Positions 19,209 to 29,196 of a DNA stretch of 64,000 nt are shown one piece after another. How positions within the stretch are numbered: position 1 is the first letter of the stretch; the number at the start of each line of letters is the position of its first letter. Below the pieces are notes generated by a model that saw nothing but the letters and a program-made list of their open reading frames with translations, made no database searches and was not told the origin of the DNA. The translations under genes and the position numbers were made by a program. The stretch is from Pseudomonadota bacterium (GTDB lineage: Bacteria > Pseudomonadota > Alphaproteobacteria > Rhodobacterales > Rhodobacteraceae), in NCBI GenBank assembly GCA_039513195.1, contig JBCCRM010000021.1, forward strand, positions 1,476 to 65,475. Reading direction: 5' to 3'.

Positions 19209-20187
19209 GGCGGATCGTCCAGGTGGCCAGCGCTGCGAGTCCGCCGCGGCTCGCGAGCGCGAGCAGGATCAGCATTGGGCCGAAGATCAGCCGCCAGTCG
19301 TGGGTGAGGGAGGAGAGCGCCTCCTCGATCAGCACCAGGGCCGCAGCCCCTAAGACAGCACCCGATCGCGACCCCATACCGCCCAAAACGACAACGATGA
19401 TTAGGTCGCCGGAGCGTTGCCAACTCAGCGTTGCGGGGCTGACGAACTCCGCCTGATTCGCCAGCAGCACGCCCGCGACCGCAGCGATGACCGCGGCGAG
19501 AATATAGGCTACGAGACGCACCCGAAACACATCGTAGCCCAGGGCTGCCACCCTGGTCTCGTTCTGTGCGGCGGCCCGCAGCACCCGCCCGAAGCGGGAG
19601 CCGACAACCTTCAGCAGGGCGGCGTGGGTTAGTACCAGCGTGAGGAGTATTGCGTAGTACAGCCCCAGATCCGATGCCAAGAGCCCGGTGCCCCAGAGAT
19701 CCGCGCGCTCCCAAAGCGTCAGCCCATCATCGCCGCCATAGGCCGAGAGCGAGGTGGCGGTGAAATAGAGCATCTGCCCGAAGGCCAAGGTGATCATGAT
19801 GAAATGTACGCCGGTGGTGCGCAGCGACACGGCGCCGGTCAGGGCTGCCACCGCCACCGCCACGGCCACTGCGACCGCAAGGATCGCCAGCAAGTCGATA
19901 ACCCCCTCGGTGATCATGATCCCAGCCACATAGGCGCCGAGGCCCACGAAAGCCGCGTGCCCGAAACTGACCAATCCGCCATGGCCGATCAGCAGGTCGA
20001 GCGACAGCGCCGCGATGGCCAGGATCATAACCCGCATCAGGAGCGAGGTGAGATAGGCTCCGCCATAGGCTTCTGCCAAAATCGGGCCCGCTGCGAGTAA
20101 TGCGAAGACCACCAGCGCCGGCACCAGTTCGGCGGGGATGCGTAGTGCCGGTGTCTGGACCCCCTGCGCCTCTGCCGCATCCCTCAC
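19201..20187 (-). CDS. livM: branched-chain amino acid-type ABC permease
   Basis: In frame with ORF 19201..20637. GTG at 20187 overlaps the livH stop (GTGA). The upstream extension would overlap livH, so it is rejected. Confidence 0.8.
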   Translation of the reverse strand: MRDAAEAQGVQTPALRIPAELVPALVVFALLAAGPILAEAYGGAYLTSLLMRVMILAIAALSLDLLIGHGGLVSFGHAAFVGLGAYVAGIMITEGVIDLLAILAVAVAVAVAVAALTGAVSLRTTGVHFIMITLAFGQMLYFTATSLSAYGGDDGLTLWERADLWGTGLLASDLGLYYAILLTLVLTHAALLKVVGSRFGRVLRAAAQNETRVAALGYDVFRVRLVAYILAAVIAAVAGVLLANQAEFVSPATLSWQRSGDLIIVVVLGGMGSRSGAVLGAAALVLIEEALSSLTHDWRLIFGPMLILLALASRGGLAALATWTIRRG

Positions 20188-21110
20188 GCCGTGCCCGCCG
20201 CGGGAAAGAGGCCCCGAGGCCGCCAGAATAGGATTGCGGCCATGAGCAGATAGATCATCATCGACGCCAGCGCCGGCCCGATCTGGTTGGCCGCGGCGGG
20301 CTCGACCAACAGCTTCAGCACATCGGTGGCCATCGAGCGCCCCAGCGTGTCGACCAGCCCGACCAGGAGGGCGGCGACAAAGGCGCCTTGGATCGAGCCG
20401 ATGCCGCCGATCACGATGACCACAAAGGCGATGATCAGAAGGTCGTCGCCCATACCCGGCTCGACCGAGAAGATCGGCGCTGCCATCGCCCCCGCGAAGC
20501 CGGCAAGCATTGCGCCGAAGCCGAATACGACCAGGAAGAGCCGCCGTATATCGACGCCCAGTGCCGAGACCATTTCCGGGTTTGTCGCCCCCGCGCGGAC
20601 CAACATGCCGAAGCGAGTATACCGCACCAACGCCCACAGCAGTACCGCAACGCCCAGTCCCAGCCCAATGATCGCGATGCGGAAGACCGGATAGAGCAGC
20701 CCCTCCACCAGCACGAAGGAATGGCTGAGGAGATCCGGTGTCGGGATGATCAAAGGCGCAGGGCCCCAGATCACCTTTACCGCTTGGTTCAGGGTCAGGA
20801 TCACGCCGAAGGTCGCGATCACCTGGTCCAGATGGCTGCGGTCGTAGAAGTGGCGGAACACCAGAAATTCGAGCGCTAGCCCGATCGCCAGCGCCGCCAC
20901 TAGGGCCAGCAAAATCGCCGCCAGGAAATGCCCAGTAACGCCGTAGAATGCCACCATCAGATAGGCGCCGACCATGTACTGGACGCCATGGGCGAGATTG
21001 ATGAAGCCCATCACGCCAAAGACCAGCGTCAGCCCCGCCGCGATCAGGAACAACAGAACACCAAGTTGCAGGCCGTTGAGGGCCTGGATCAGCATGAGCG
21101 TGGTCGACAT
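20184..21110 (-). CDS. livH: branched-chain amino acid-type ABC permease
   Basis: 308 aa, LivH-like polytopic membrane protein. Confidence 0.85.
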   Translation of the reverse strand: MSTTLMLIQALNGLQLGVLLFLIAAGLTLVFGVMGFINLAHGVQYMVGAYLMVAFYGVTGHFLAAILLALVAALAIGLALEFLVFRHFYDRSHLDQVIATFGVILTLNQAVKVIWGPAPLIIPTPDLLSHSFVLVEGLLYPVFRIAIIGLGLGVAVLLWALVRYTRFGMLVRAGATNPEMVSALGVDIRRLFLVVFGFGAMLAGFAGAMAAPIFSVEPGMGDDLLIIAFVVIVIGGIGSIQGAFVAALLVGLVDTLGRSMATDVLKLLVEPAAANQIGPALASMMIYLLMAAILFWRPRGLFPAAGTA

Positions 21111-21132
21111 CCGGCGGGGCCTTCCGCTGCGA

Positions 21133-22299
21133 TCAGTTCATCGCACACTCGGCCGCATAGCTGTCGGCATAATCTTCGAACACCTTCTCGGCGATCTCGG
21201 TCTGGAACTTCCCGTCCGCGCGTTTCGCTACCTGCAGCAGGTAGAAGTCCTGCACCGGGTAGTGGTTGTTGTTGAAGGCGAACTCGCCTCGGATAGTTGG
21301 GAAGTCGGCGGCTTTCAGCGCGGCACGCAGGGCCTCTTTGTCGGACAGATCGCCGCCGACGGTCCGCACCGCCGCATCGATCAGCTTCGCGGTATCGTAG
21401 GCCTGCATGGCATAGGTGCCGGGCACATAGCCATAGGTCGACTCGAAGGCCGCAACGAACTCTGCATTGCCCGGCGTGTCGAGATCAGGCGCCCAGTTCC
21501 CCGCCCCAAAGAAACCCAACGCATCGTCTTTCTGGGCGGGCAGGGTGGTCTCGTCGACCGTGAAGGCGGAGAGGAACGTCATCTTGTCCGCAAGGCCCGC
21601 TTGGCGGAACTGCTTCACGAAGCGGACGCCCATGCCGCCGGGCATGAAGGTAAAGAGGGCATCTGCCCCAGATGTCGCCATGCGCGCGATCTCGGCTGAG
21701 AAGTCCTTGTGACCGAGTGGGGTGTACACCTCATCGGCAATCTCGCCGGTGAAATAGGACTTAAAACCCGCTACCGAGTCCTTACCGGCCTGATAGTTCG
21801 GAGCCATCAGGAAGACCTTCTCGAAACCCTTTTCCTCGGCGTACTTGCCCAGCACTTCGAAGTTCTGGTTGTTCTGGTACGAGGTTGCGAAGAAATATGG
21901 GCTGCAATTGCGGCCGGCGAAGGTCGATGGCCCGGCATTCGGGCTGATCAGGAAGGTCTCGGACTGCGTCACTGGCTTGAAGATCGCCTGCAGCATGTTC
22001 GAGAAGATGGTGCCGACGACGATGTCGACCTCGTCGCGTTCCACGAAACCCTTGGCTTTGGTGATGGCGACATCGGGTTTCAACTCGTCATCCTCTACCA
22101 AGAGCTCCGTATCGACCCCGCCCAGGGAGCCGCCGAGCTCGTCGAGGGCGAGCTTAAAGCCGTCCTCCACCTGTTTACCGAGCGCGGCCGGCGGGCCGGA
22201 GAGGGTGACGATCATGCCGATCTTTAGCGTCTCGGCGCCTGCCGCCAGCGGCGCTGCCATCAGGGTGGCCATGGCGAGGCCGGTCAGTATCTTTCTCAT
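21133..22299 (-). CDS. ABC substrate-binding protein (Leu/Ile/Val-binding family type)
   Basis: ATG at 22299 follows GGGAGGGGG. Signal peptide MRKILTGLAMATLMAAPLAAGA. Type I periplasmic binding fold size. Confidence 0.8.
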   Translation of the reverse strand: MRKILTGLAMATLMAAPLAAGAETLKIGMIVTLSGPPAALGKQVEDGFKLALDELGGSLGGVDTELLVEDDELKPDVAITKAKGFVERDEVDIVVGTIFSNMLQAIFKPVTQSETFLISPNAGPSTFAGRNCSPYFFATSYQNNQNFEVLGKYAEEKGFEKVFLMAPNYQAGKDSVAGFKSYFTGEIADEVYTPLGHKDFSAEIARMATSGADALFTFMPGGMGVRFVKQFRQAGLADKMTFLSAFTVDETTLPAQKDDALGFFGAGNWAPDLDTPGNAEFVAAFESTYGYVPGTYAMQAYDTAKLIDAAVRTVGGDLSDKEALRAALKAADFPTIRGEFAFNNNHYPVQDFYLLQVAKRADGKFQTEIAEKVFEDYADSYAAECAMN

Positions 22300-22418
22300 C
22301 GTTCCCCCTCCCGAACGCAAAGCCTAGCCCCGCGTGAGGGGGCCGAGTCGAACCCTGAATTTGAAAGATTTTTGCGACAGATCCAAAGGATTGTTGCGAG
22401 TGGCGGGGAACAGCGCGC

Positions 22419-22877
22419 TCAGGGCCGGTAGAAGCGGTGGTCTTCGATGACCGCTGTTTGGGTCATTTCCTCGGCCCAAGACGGCGTCGGCATGTCGACC
22501 AGGAAGAAGAACAGCGCGCCGCTGGTCGGATCCCGGGTCTCCCCTGAGAGGACCGCGACCGCGTGTGTCAGCGCTTCCTGCCAGGCCTCGTCGTCCCCCG
22601 GATGGTCTGTGACGCCATCGCACCACCAAGAGAACTGACAACCGGTCTCGGTATCCGCCCCGCCTTGAGTGATCACGTCGCAGACAGTGTCGGGATAGCG
22701 TCCGTCGCGCACTCGGTTCATCACCACATGGGCGACCGCCTTTTGGCCTCTTGCGCTTTCAGATCGCGACTCGTGGTAGATCGCGAAGCCGAGACAGGAC
22801 ACGTCCTCCGCCGGCAGATCGGTGCCGCCGAGCGCGATTTGGGCTGCCATCAGATAGGGTTTGGAAATCAGGAACAT
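22419..22877 (-). CDS. cell wall hydrolase (SleB-like)
   Basis: AIYHESRSES...GQKAVAHVVMNRV motif is typical of the SleB hydrolase_2 family. Confidence 0.75.
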   Translation of the reverse strand: MFLISKPYLMAAQIALGGTDLPAEDVSCLGFAIYHESRSESARGQKAVAHVVMNRVRDGRYPDTVCDVITQGGADTETGCQFSWWCDGVTDHPGDDEAWQEALTHAVAVLSGETRDPTSGALFFFLVDMPTPSWAEEMTQTAVIEDHRFYRP

Positions 22878-23016
22878 GGCACTTACTCCGAAAAGTTATG
22901 TGAAGTTTATCGGCAAATACGGCTGAAGGGTGGCGTCCCGCGACGGGGCAGGGCAAGGCCGGTTTACAGCGCGACGTCCGAGTGTTACGCCCCGCGCCGT
23001 TGACCGGCTGGAGGCA

Positions 23017-23643
23017 ATGATGACGGACAGGACAATCGGGTTGGCATTTGGGATCGCCGCGATGGCGCTGGTCGTGGTTGCCTCCAACATCCTGGTGCAG
23101 CATTTGCTCGGCGATTGGCTGACCTGGGGCGCGCTGACCTATCCTTTTGCGTTTCTGGTGACCGACGTGACCAATCGTTTGCTCGGCCCGTCGGCAGCGC
23201 GGCGCGTGGTCGTTACGGGTTTCGGCATCGGGATACTGTGTTCGCTGATCGCCGCGGCCTTCGACGCCACAACAGTGCGCATCGCCATAGGATCCGGCAT
23301 TGCCTTCCTGGCGGCACAACTCACAGATGTCGGCATCTTCCAGCGGTTACGGGACGGGGTGTGGTGGCGCGCGCCTCTGGTGTCTTCGTTGATCGGATCC
23401 GCTCTCGACACGGCGCTGTTTTTCTTCATCGCCTTTTCTGCCGCCCTGACCGCGCTGTCGCCGGGCGACGATGTAAGCTGGGCAAATGAGATACTGCCCC
23501 TGCTGGGCTTCGGCCCACTCGCGCCGCTATGGGTCAGCCTCGCCGTCGCCGATTTCGGCGTCAAGCTGGCCTTGGCGATGTTGGCCTTGGTGCCGTTCAG
23601 GTTGGCGGTCAACTGGTTTGGGGCGCGGACCCACGGCGCATGA
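23017..23643 (+). CDS. yhhQ: queuosine precursor transporter (YhhQ/VUT family)
   Basis: WGALTYPFAFLVTDVTNRLLG motif, 6 transmembrane helices. Starts at the MMTDRT methionines. Confidence 0.8.
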   Translation: MMTDRTIGLAFGIAAMALVVVASNILVQHLLGDWLTWGALTYPFAFLVTDVTNRLLGPSAARRVVVTGFGIGILCSLIAAAFDATTVRIAIGSGIAFLAAQLTDVGIFQRLRDGVWWRAPLVSSLIGSALDTALFFFIAFSAALTALSPGDDVSWANEILPLLGFGPLAPLWVSLAVADFGVKLALAMLALVPFRLAVNWFGARTHGA

Positions 23644-24062
23644 TCCGTGTGACGGATCAGATCGCCATTGCGGACTGGGAACTGACGGAGAGCTTTGTCC
23701 GTGCCTCGGGACCCGGCGGTCAGAACGTCAACAAAGTCGAGACCGCGGTTGTGCTGCGGTTCGAGGCGGAGCGATCGCCCAATCTGACGGGGGAGGTGAA
23801 AGCCCGGTTGAAACGGTTGGCCGGGCGGCGCTGGACAGACGATGGCGCCGTGGTGATCCGTGCTGAAAGCCATCGTAGCCAAGCGCAGAACCGGGAGGAT
23901 GCGCGGGCTCGCCTCGTCGCTCTGATCCGGGCCGCCACGGTCCGTCCGAAGCGGCGGATCCCAACCAAACCGACCCTGGGATCACAGCGCCGGAGGCTCG
24001 ACGCAAAGCGCAATCGCGGTGAGGTCAAACGTCTCCGTGGCATCCGTGACACAGAAAACTAA
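23640..24062 (+). CDS. arfB: alternative ribosome rescue factor / peptidyl-tRNA hydrolase ArfB
   Basis: GPGGQNVNKV GGQ motif, basic C-terminal tail, ATGA overlap with yhhQ. Confidence 0.9.
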   Translation: MIRVTDQIAIADWELTESFVRASGPGGQNVNKVETAVVLRFEAERSPNLTGEVKARLKRLAGRRWTDDGAVVIRAESHRSQAQNREDARARLVALIRAATVRPKRRIPTKPTLGSQRRRLDAKRNRGEVKRLRGIRDTEN

Positions 24063-24265
24063 GCGACCATAACCGCTTCTTTTCAACTTTGAAGAATGTG
24101 GATACGGTTCTCCTTAGGGGAGAAGTCTGCTGGCGCGGGATTATGATAACGGGAACGAGGGACTCCCAGCGCCGTGGGCAAACGGGGCGATTGCGACTAT
24201 GAGGCGCCGCTCGGCGGGATCGGGCGATGTCTCGGCTCCCCCAAAACCAAGAACCGGCGTGGCGC

Positions 24266-25519
24266 CTAGGGATTGAACCCACGCGCCACGCCGGCACCTA
24301 TGTGCTCGGCGCCCATTTTGGCTGCGACAGCAGCCGATGCAGCAGCGACACCCGACCCGCCCATGGGTGCGTCCATGGCGATCAGGGTTGCCTCGATCGT
24401 GGCGAGGGTGCCGAGGATCATATGCGGGTTCAAGTGCCCCATATGGCCGATCCGGAAGGCCCGGGTCTCCATATCGCCAAGCCCGATACCGAGGGTCACC
24501 CCAGCGCAATCCTCCGCGATCCGGCGCAGGCGCACCGCGTCCACGGTACCGGTGAGCACGGTTGTCACGGCGTTCGACCGGGCCTTTGGGTCAAGCATGA
24601 GGAAATCGAGACCGCCCGGCGCGCGCCAGGCCGCCACAGCTGCCCTAACGGCGTCGCCCAATGCCTCGTGGCGGGCCCACACATTCTCCAGCCCTTCCTC
24701 CGCGAGCATATTCATCGCCTCGCGCAGGCCCCAGAGATGCTGCACCGGCGGCGTGCCGCAGTAGCGCAGATAATGGGCACCGTCTGTCATACGGGCGGTC
24801 CAGTCCCAATAGGCGGTGCGCAGGCCGGCGGCCTTATGGGCCTGCATCGCCTTTTCAGATGCCCAGATGAAGCCGAGACCCGGCGGCACCATCAGCCCCT
24901 TTTGGCTGCCCGCGACCGTTACGTCGACGCCCCAGGCGTCCATCTCGTAGGGAACGCAGGCGAGGCAGGCAATGCAATCGACCAGATAGAGGGCAGGGTG
25001 CCCCGCAGCGTCGATGGCTTTACGGATGGCGGCGATATCGTTCCACGCCGAAGTGGCTGTGTCGACCTGCACCACCAGTACCGCCTTGATCTCGTGGGCT
25101 GCGTCGGCGCGCAGCCGCTCCTCTACCGCCGCAGGATCGACGCCATGCCTGGGTGTCGCATTGAGCACCTCGACCTCGATACCCATCACCGCGCCCATCT
25201 GTCCCCAACCGACGGCGAAGCGCCCGCTTTCCAGCACCAGCACCTTGTCACCGCGGGAGAGCGTGTTGGTCAACGCCATCTCCCAGGCGCCATGGCCGTT
25301 CGAGATTGCAATGAAGGGTTGGCTCTTGGTCCGGGCGAGCTGCGGCAGTTCCGCAAGGATCCCCTCGGACAGTCGCACCAGATCGCCCTCGTAGATGTTG
25401 GGCATGGCCCGATGCATCGCCGATAGCACGCGGTCGGGGATCACCGAGGGGCCCGGGATCGAAACCATCGGCCGTCCGCGGTTCAACAGGGGGGCCGCGC
25501 CCGCGCTCTCATCTCTCAT
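24266..25519 (-). CDS. class V aminotransferase (alanine/serine--glyoxylate aminotransferase family)
   Basis: IPGPSVIPDRVL N-terminus and SQKGLMVPPGLG with the PLP lysine. ATG at 25519 has an AAGGA Shine-Dalgarno site; the ATG at 25549 has none. Confidence 0.8.
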   Translation of the reverse strand: MRDESAGAAPLLNRGRPMVSIPGPSVIPDRVLSAMHRAMPNIYEGDLVRLSEGILAELPQLARTKSQPFIAISNGHGAWEMALTNTLSRGDKVLVLESGRFAVGWGQMGAVMGIEVEVLNATPRHGVDPAAVEERLRADAAHEIKAVLVVQVDTATSAWNDIAAIRKAIDAAGHPALYLVDCIACLACVPYEMDAWGVDVTVAGSQKGLMVPPGLGFIWASEKAMQAHKAAGLRTAYWDWTARMTDGAHYLRYCGTPPVQHLWGLREAMNMLAEEGLENVWARHEALGDAVRAAVAAWRAPGGLDFLMLDPKARSNAVTTVLTGTVDAVRLRRIAEDCAGVTLGIGLGDMETRAFRIGHMGHLNPHMILGTLATIEATLIAMDAPMGGSGVAAASAAVAAKMGAEHIGAGVARGFNP

Positions 25520-25634
25520 TGGTCGATCCTTATCTGTCTCGCCGAGCATCGGCCTAGCCTAGTCTTCGGCGCTGCAAAAACAACGCGGATCAGAGTGATA
25601 GTTACGATCACGAGCTGTGATTGCCCTGGCGGCC

Positions 25635-26378
25635 TCACTCTCTTCGGAGCAGGCGGTCGCCCAAGAGCGATCCCCAAGGTGTCGCCTGGAACCGGGCTGT
25701 GACCGCCTCCGGGTCGTATTCCTGGGCGATCCATTCGCGCAGCGACAGTCGGCCTTTCGCGTCGGCGAGATACACCTCGAAGAAGGCGTCGAGAATGCCC
25801 GTCTTCGACTGTCGGAAATGCCCATACCAGACCGAGAGCTGTTGGCGGGCTTCTTCGACCGGTCGCCCCTCGAACAATGCGAGATAGAGCGCCGCCAAGA
25901 AGCCTGCACGGTCGGCGCCGGACTTGCAGTGGAACAGCACCGGGTGCTCCAGGCGGAGGAAAAGCGCGTCAGCGGCAAGCAGTTCCTCCCGGCTCGGTAG
26001 TGCGCGGGAGCGTAGCACAAAGGTCTCGAAATGCAGTCCTAGTTGCGCGCAAGTTTCGAGCTCCAGGGGCAGTGAGCCGAAGGTCTGCCCGCCGCGAAGT
26101 GAAACCACCGACCGACCGCCCTGTCGGGCGAACCGGCGCAGGTGATGGGGCATCGGTTGAGAGGATCGCCAGGCCTCTTTGCCAAATTTGTGGGTGTTAG
26201 AGAAAAGCAACCGAAAGATCGCATGGTCCACGAACAGCATGTTCGTCCAGGCGCGCAGATAGTCCCAGGGCGTGGACAGCGGACGGCGCCATCGGTCCAG
26301 CCGCGCTTGGCGGCGTCTGATCCATGCAGCTGTGGCAGGGTCGACGCCGAGGGGCGGCGGTTGGTCAGGCTTTGTCAT
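25635..26378 (-). CDS. tyrosine/dual-specificity protein phosphatase-like protein
   Basis: HCKSGADRAG (CX5R P-loop). Confidence 0.7.
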   Translation of the reverse strand: MTKPDQPPPLGVDPATAAWIRRRQARLDRWRRPLSTPWDYLRAWTNMLFVDHAIFRLLFSNTHKFGKEAWRSSQPMPHHLRRFARQGGRSVVSLRGGQTFGSLPLELETCAQLGLHFETFVLRSRALPSREELLAADALFLRLEHPVLFHCKSGADRAGFLAALYLALFEGRPVEEARQQLSVWYGHFRQSKTGILDAFFEVYLADAKGRLSLREWIAQEYDPEAVTARFQATPWGSLLGDRLLRRE

Positions 26379-26507
26379 ATTCCGCGCTTAGCAGAGCGCG
26401 ACCCGGCGCTGCAAGCTGTGCCGACCCAGGCGGAGCCGCGGGCTTGCATCGACTAAACGGCGATGTCAGCCTCTGGAGCGGGCAATGAGCACAGGAGACG
26501 CCAGGCC

Positions 26508-27032
26508 ATGGCGCGAAAAGAGCGGTTTTCTATCCGGGCGCGGGTCTCGATTGGCGTCCTCTCTGCCTTGGCCATGGCTGGGGAAGTCGCGGCGCAGCGC
26601 GGTGACGACGACGCGGCACCGGTAGAACGTCACTACATCGCCGAGGACTGGGCGGCCTATTCCCAGGGCACTGCGGCGGATGCGGATCGCCTCTGTTGGG
26701 TCGCAACGCGGGCCTTTCGCAGCGACCCCGATGGGCAGCGCGAAGTGCTGACCGACGTTTTGATGTTGGTGACAACCGAGCCGCAGACCTCGGTTACCGG
26801 GATCCCCAGCGGCATTCAGATCGATCTGGTGCTCGATGGCCGCGGCTTTGCAATGTTCGGGCGGGGCGGGCGGGCATGGCTTTCCGAGGACGAGGCAGAG
26901 CGCCCGGTCCTAGATCGATTGGCTGGGAGTGCAACGGTCAGATTGCAGAGTGCGGCGGTTCCAGTGGCCGACTTCTCATCCAATGGATTCGCCGAAGCCT
27001 ATGAGGTCGCCCAGGAACTCTGCGCCCGCTGA
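26508..27032 (+). CDS. hypothetical exported protein
   Basis: ATG at 26508 after AGGAGA. Signal peptide ending ALAMAGEVAAQ. I am confident of no family. Confidence 0.55.
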   Translation: MARKERFSIRARVSIGVLSALAMAGEVAAQRGDDDAAPVERHYIAEDWAAYSQGTAADADRLCWVATRAFRSDPDGQREVLTDVLMLVTTEPQTSVTGIPSGIQIDLVLDGRGFAMFGRGGRAWLSEDEAERPVLDRLAGSATVRLQSAAVPVADFSSNGFAEAYEVAQELCAR

Positions 27033-27138
27033 TTGGTCGATGAACACATTTCAGCCGCGAAGGAATTACGAACGTGACGACATGACAGTTTTGTGTCACG
27101 TCTGATGGAATGTGAAGCGATCAGAAGCAGTACTTTCC

Positions 27139-27624
27139 ATGTATAGATCGATAGCCTTATCAGCCGCCTTGGTCGTGGTTCTCGGTGCGGGTGAGCTCAC
27201 ACAGGCGAAATCGAAAATCGATCCTGCTCCTGATGCGCACGCTTCGGCGTGCCATCACTATCAAAATCGTGCGCGATTTAAGTCGAGGCAGGCGCCTTAC
27301 GAATTCGTCACCCTGCTGGCCGAAGCTTGCAGTGCGGCACAGCAATCGATGACGGCTGCCAGCGCGAACGAAAGAGCGACCGCTAAACAGTTCCTGGACC
27401 GTCTTCTGATCCTGCGCGACACGGTTGTGGCGATGAACATGGACCGGGTCTATGGTCCTGATCCGGCGCCCGCGGCAAAGCCGCGACGAACCTATGGCCG
27501 GGTCGGGTCGATCCCGAAAGTCTCCTCGACAGGCGAGTACCTTATCGCCCGCAGCTTGGGAGTGATGGTGGCCTATGACGCCTGGCTTGACAGCGGCGCG
27601 GAATTCTCGCTGGCTTCGAAGTAG
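27139..27624 (+). CDS. hypothetical exported protein
   Basis: Signal peptide MYRSIALSAALVVVLGAGELTQA. I recognise no family. Confidence 0.5.
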   Translation: MYRSIALSAALVVVLGAGELTQAKSKIDPAPDAHASACHHYQNRARFKSRQAPYEFVTLLAEACSAAQQSMTAASANERATAKQFLDRLLILRDTVVAMNMDRVYGPDPAPAAKPRRTYGRVGSIPKVSSTGEYLIARSLGVMVAYDAWLDSGAEFSLASK

Positions 27625-27654
27625 CGGCCGGTGACGCAGGGCTGATCGCAAACA

Positions 27655-28413
27655 ATGGCAATACGGACGACAGGAGACATCCTGCGCATCGCTATGTGGT
27701 CGGGCCCGCGCAATATCTCGACGGCGATGATGCGCGCATGGGAGAGCCGGGCCGACACGGCCGTGATGGACGAACCTTTCTACGGCGCCTATTTGCAAAC
27801 GACCGGCTTTCAACATCCGATGCGCGATGCGGTGCTGACGTCTTGCGAGACCGATTGGGACGCTGCGGCCCGTCGTTGTGCCGAGGCGTCTGACGCGCCG
27901 ATCATCTATCAAAAGCACATGTGCCAGCACATGGTGGAGGGCGCGCCCCTCGACTGGATGGTTGCGTGCCGGCATGCCTTTCTGATCCGCCCGCCGGAGG
28001 AGGTTGCGCCGTCCTTTGCCAAGGGCTGGCCCGATATGGTCGAAGACAGCCTTGGCTTCGCGCGTCAAGCAGCGCTGTTCGATCGGGTTGCGGAAATGAC
28101 TGGTCAGACGCCGCCGGTGGTCGAGGCGCGCGATGTGCTCGCGGATCCGGCGGGGCTGTTGCGGGCCTTGTGCGACCGTCTGGATGTCGATTTCGATCCG
28201 GCCATGCTGTCTTGGGCGGCAGGGCCACGCGAGAGCGATGGTGTTTGGGGCGCGCATTGGTACGCCTCGGTCAGGGCCTCGACCAGATTTCAGGCTCCTC
28301 GATGCAAAGAATCGCCAGATTTACCCCCGGCTCTCGCCGAAATTGTGATCCGTGCGCAACCTCACTATGAGAAGCTTCATCGACACAAGATTATGAATAA
28401 CAATAAGAAATAG
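27655..28413 (+). CDS. sulfotransferase-like P-loop family protein
   Basis: LRIAMWSGPRNISTAMMRAW and YQKHMCQHM match a conserved alphaproteobacterial family that I recall being annotated as sulfotransferase-like. Confidence 0.55.
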   Translation: MAIRTTGDILRIAMWSGPRNISTAMMRAWESRADTAVMDEPFYGAYLQTTGFQHPMRDAVLTSCETDWDAAARRCAEASDAPIIYQKHMCQHMVEGAPLDWMVACRHAFLIRPPEEVAPSFAKGWPDMVEDSLGFARQAALFDRVAEMTGQTPPVVEARDVLADPAGLLRALCDRLDVDFDPAMLSWAAGPRESDGVWGAHWYASVRASTRFQAPRCKESPDLPPALAEIVIRAQPHYEKLHRHKIMNNNKK

Positions 28414-28686
28414 TGCATCCAAAGGGTCTGTCACTGCCGATAGTTGCAAGAATTCTCAAAAAACGTTGCCATTTTCCCGCGCCCCTGCCTCGGTCTGGGC
28501 CTGAAGCCGAAGAGAAGATCGCAATTCGTTCGAAAACAGTCAGAGTTTCGCCGTTGCGGGCTGGCACAGATGGCGTGTGGCCGCTGCAGTTCAGATATGC
28601 AGCGGAGTGGGTGTGAGAACGGCCTGTAACAGTTGGGATCCGCCGTATGCGGCCTCTCAACTCGTGTATGAGTGAAGGAGCGTTCC

Positions 28687-29034
28687 ATGCGTACCCGCGT
28701 GCGTGCCGGCGATTATGCCGTCTATCTCCATTATTTGCCGGGGTCTGCTTCGGCTTTCCATGTTGGCTTCGGTCGGTTGGATCGGGGTCATCCGTACCAG
28801 TTCGGTGCCATCCGCGGCATTCGTTGGCACCACCATGTTGCCATCTCCGGCTTTCGACCGGAGGATGTCATGGTTGAGCTGAAAGATGTCCATCGCACCG
28901 AGGATGCGGCCGCGGCCGCCCGCGACCGGCTTGCTGCGAAGCTGCCTGGGCTGATTGCGAAGATGCCAAAGCGGCGCCAGCCCATTAGTCCGTTGGAGGC
29001 GAGCCAGATCTTCCAGGGCCTCAAGGCAAGCTGA
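28687..29034 (+). CDS. hypothetical protein
   Basis: 115 aa. GAAGGAG Shine-Dalgarno site 6 nt before the ATG at 28687. No recognisable motif. Confidence 0.4.
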   Translation: MRTRVRAGDYAVYLHYLPGSASAFHVGFGRLDRGHPYQFGAIRGIRWHHHVAISGFRPEDVMVELKDVHRTEDAAAAARDRLAAKLPGLIAKMPKRRQPISPLEASQIFQGLKAS

Positions 29035-29196
29035 CGGTCATGGCCGCGGCGCAACCAAAGCGTCACGGCTAGCGCATTTTCCGGTCAATCTGGGTCAGAT
29101 CGGGTTCGCAAAAGTACGCCGGAACGATCCCTGAGAGCGCGAGAACCGCCGCAATCGGGTCGGAAGGCGCTCTATGTACCACGAGGTGTCCCGTAA

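Noticed and set aside
22878-23016. Possible preQ1 riboswitch upstream of yhhQ.
   Set aside because: I could not find the conserved preQ1-I or preQ1-II core, meaning a C-rich loop followed by an A-rich tail. The leader is GC-rich without the expected pseudoknot elements. An Rfam scan would settle it.
24063-24265. Hairpin TTCTCC-TTAG-GGAGAA (about 24107-24125) in the arfB/aminotransferase convergent spacer, considered as an sRNA or terminator.
   Set aside because: The stem is short with no T tract on either strand. Nothing distinguishes it from chance.
24255-24295. GGGATTGAACCCACGCG, which resembles the reverse complement of a tRNA T-arm and acceptor end.
   Set aside because: It lies inside the 3' end of the aminotransferase coding frame (…ARGFNP*). 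No D-arm, anticodon arm or acceptor pairing can be built around it.
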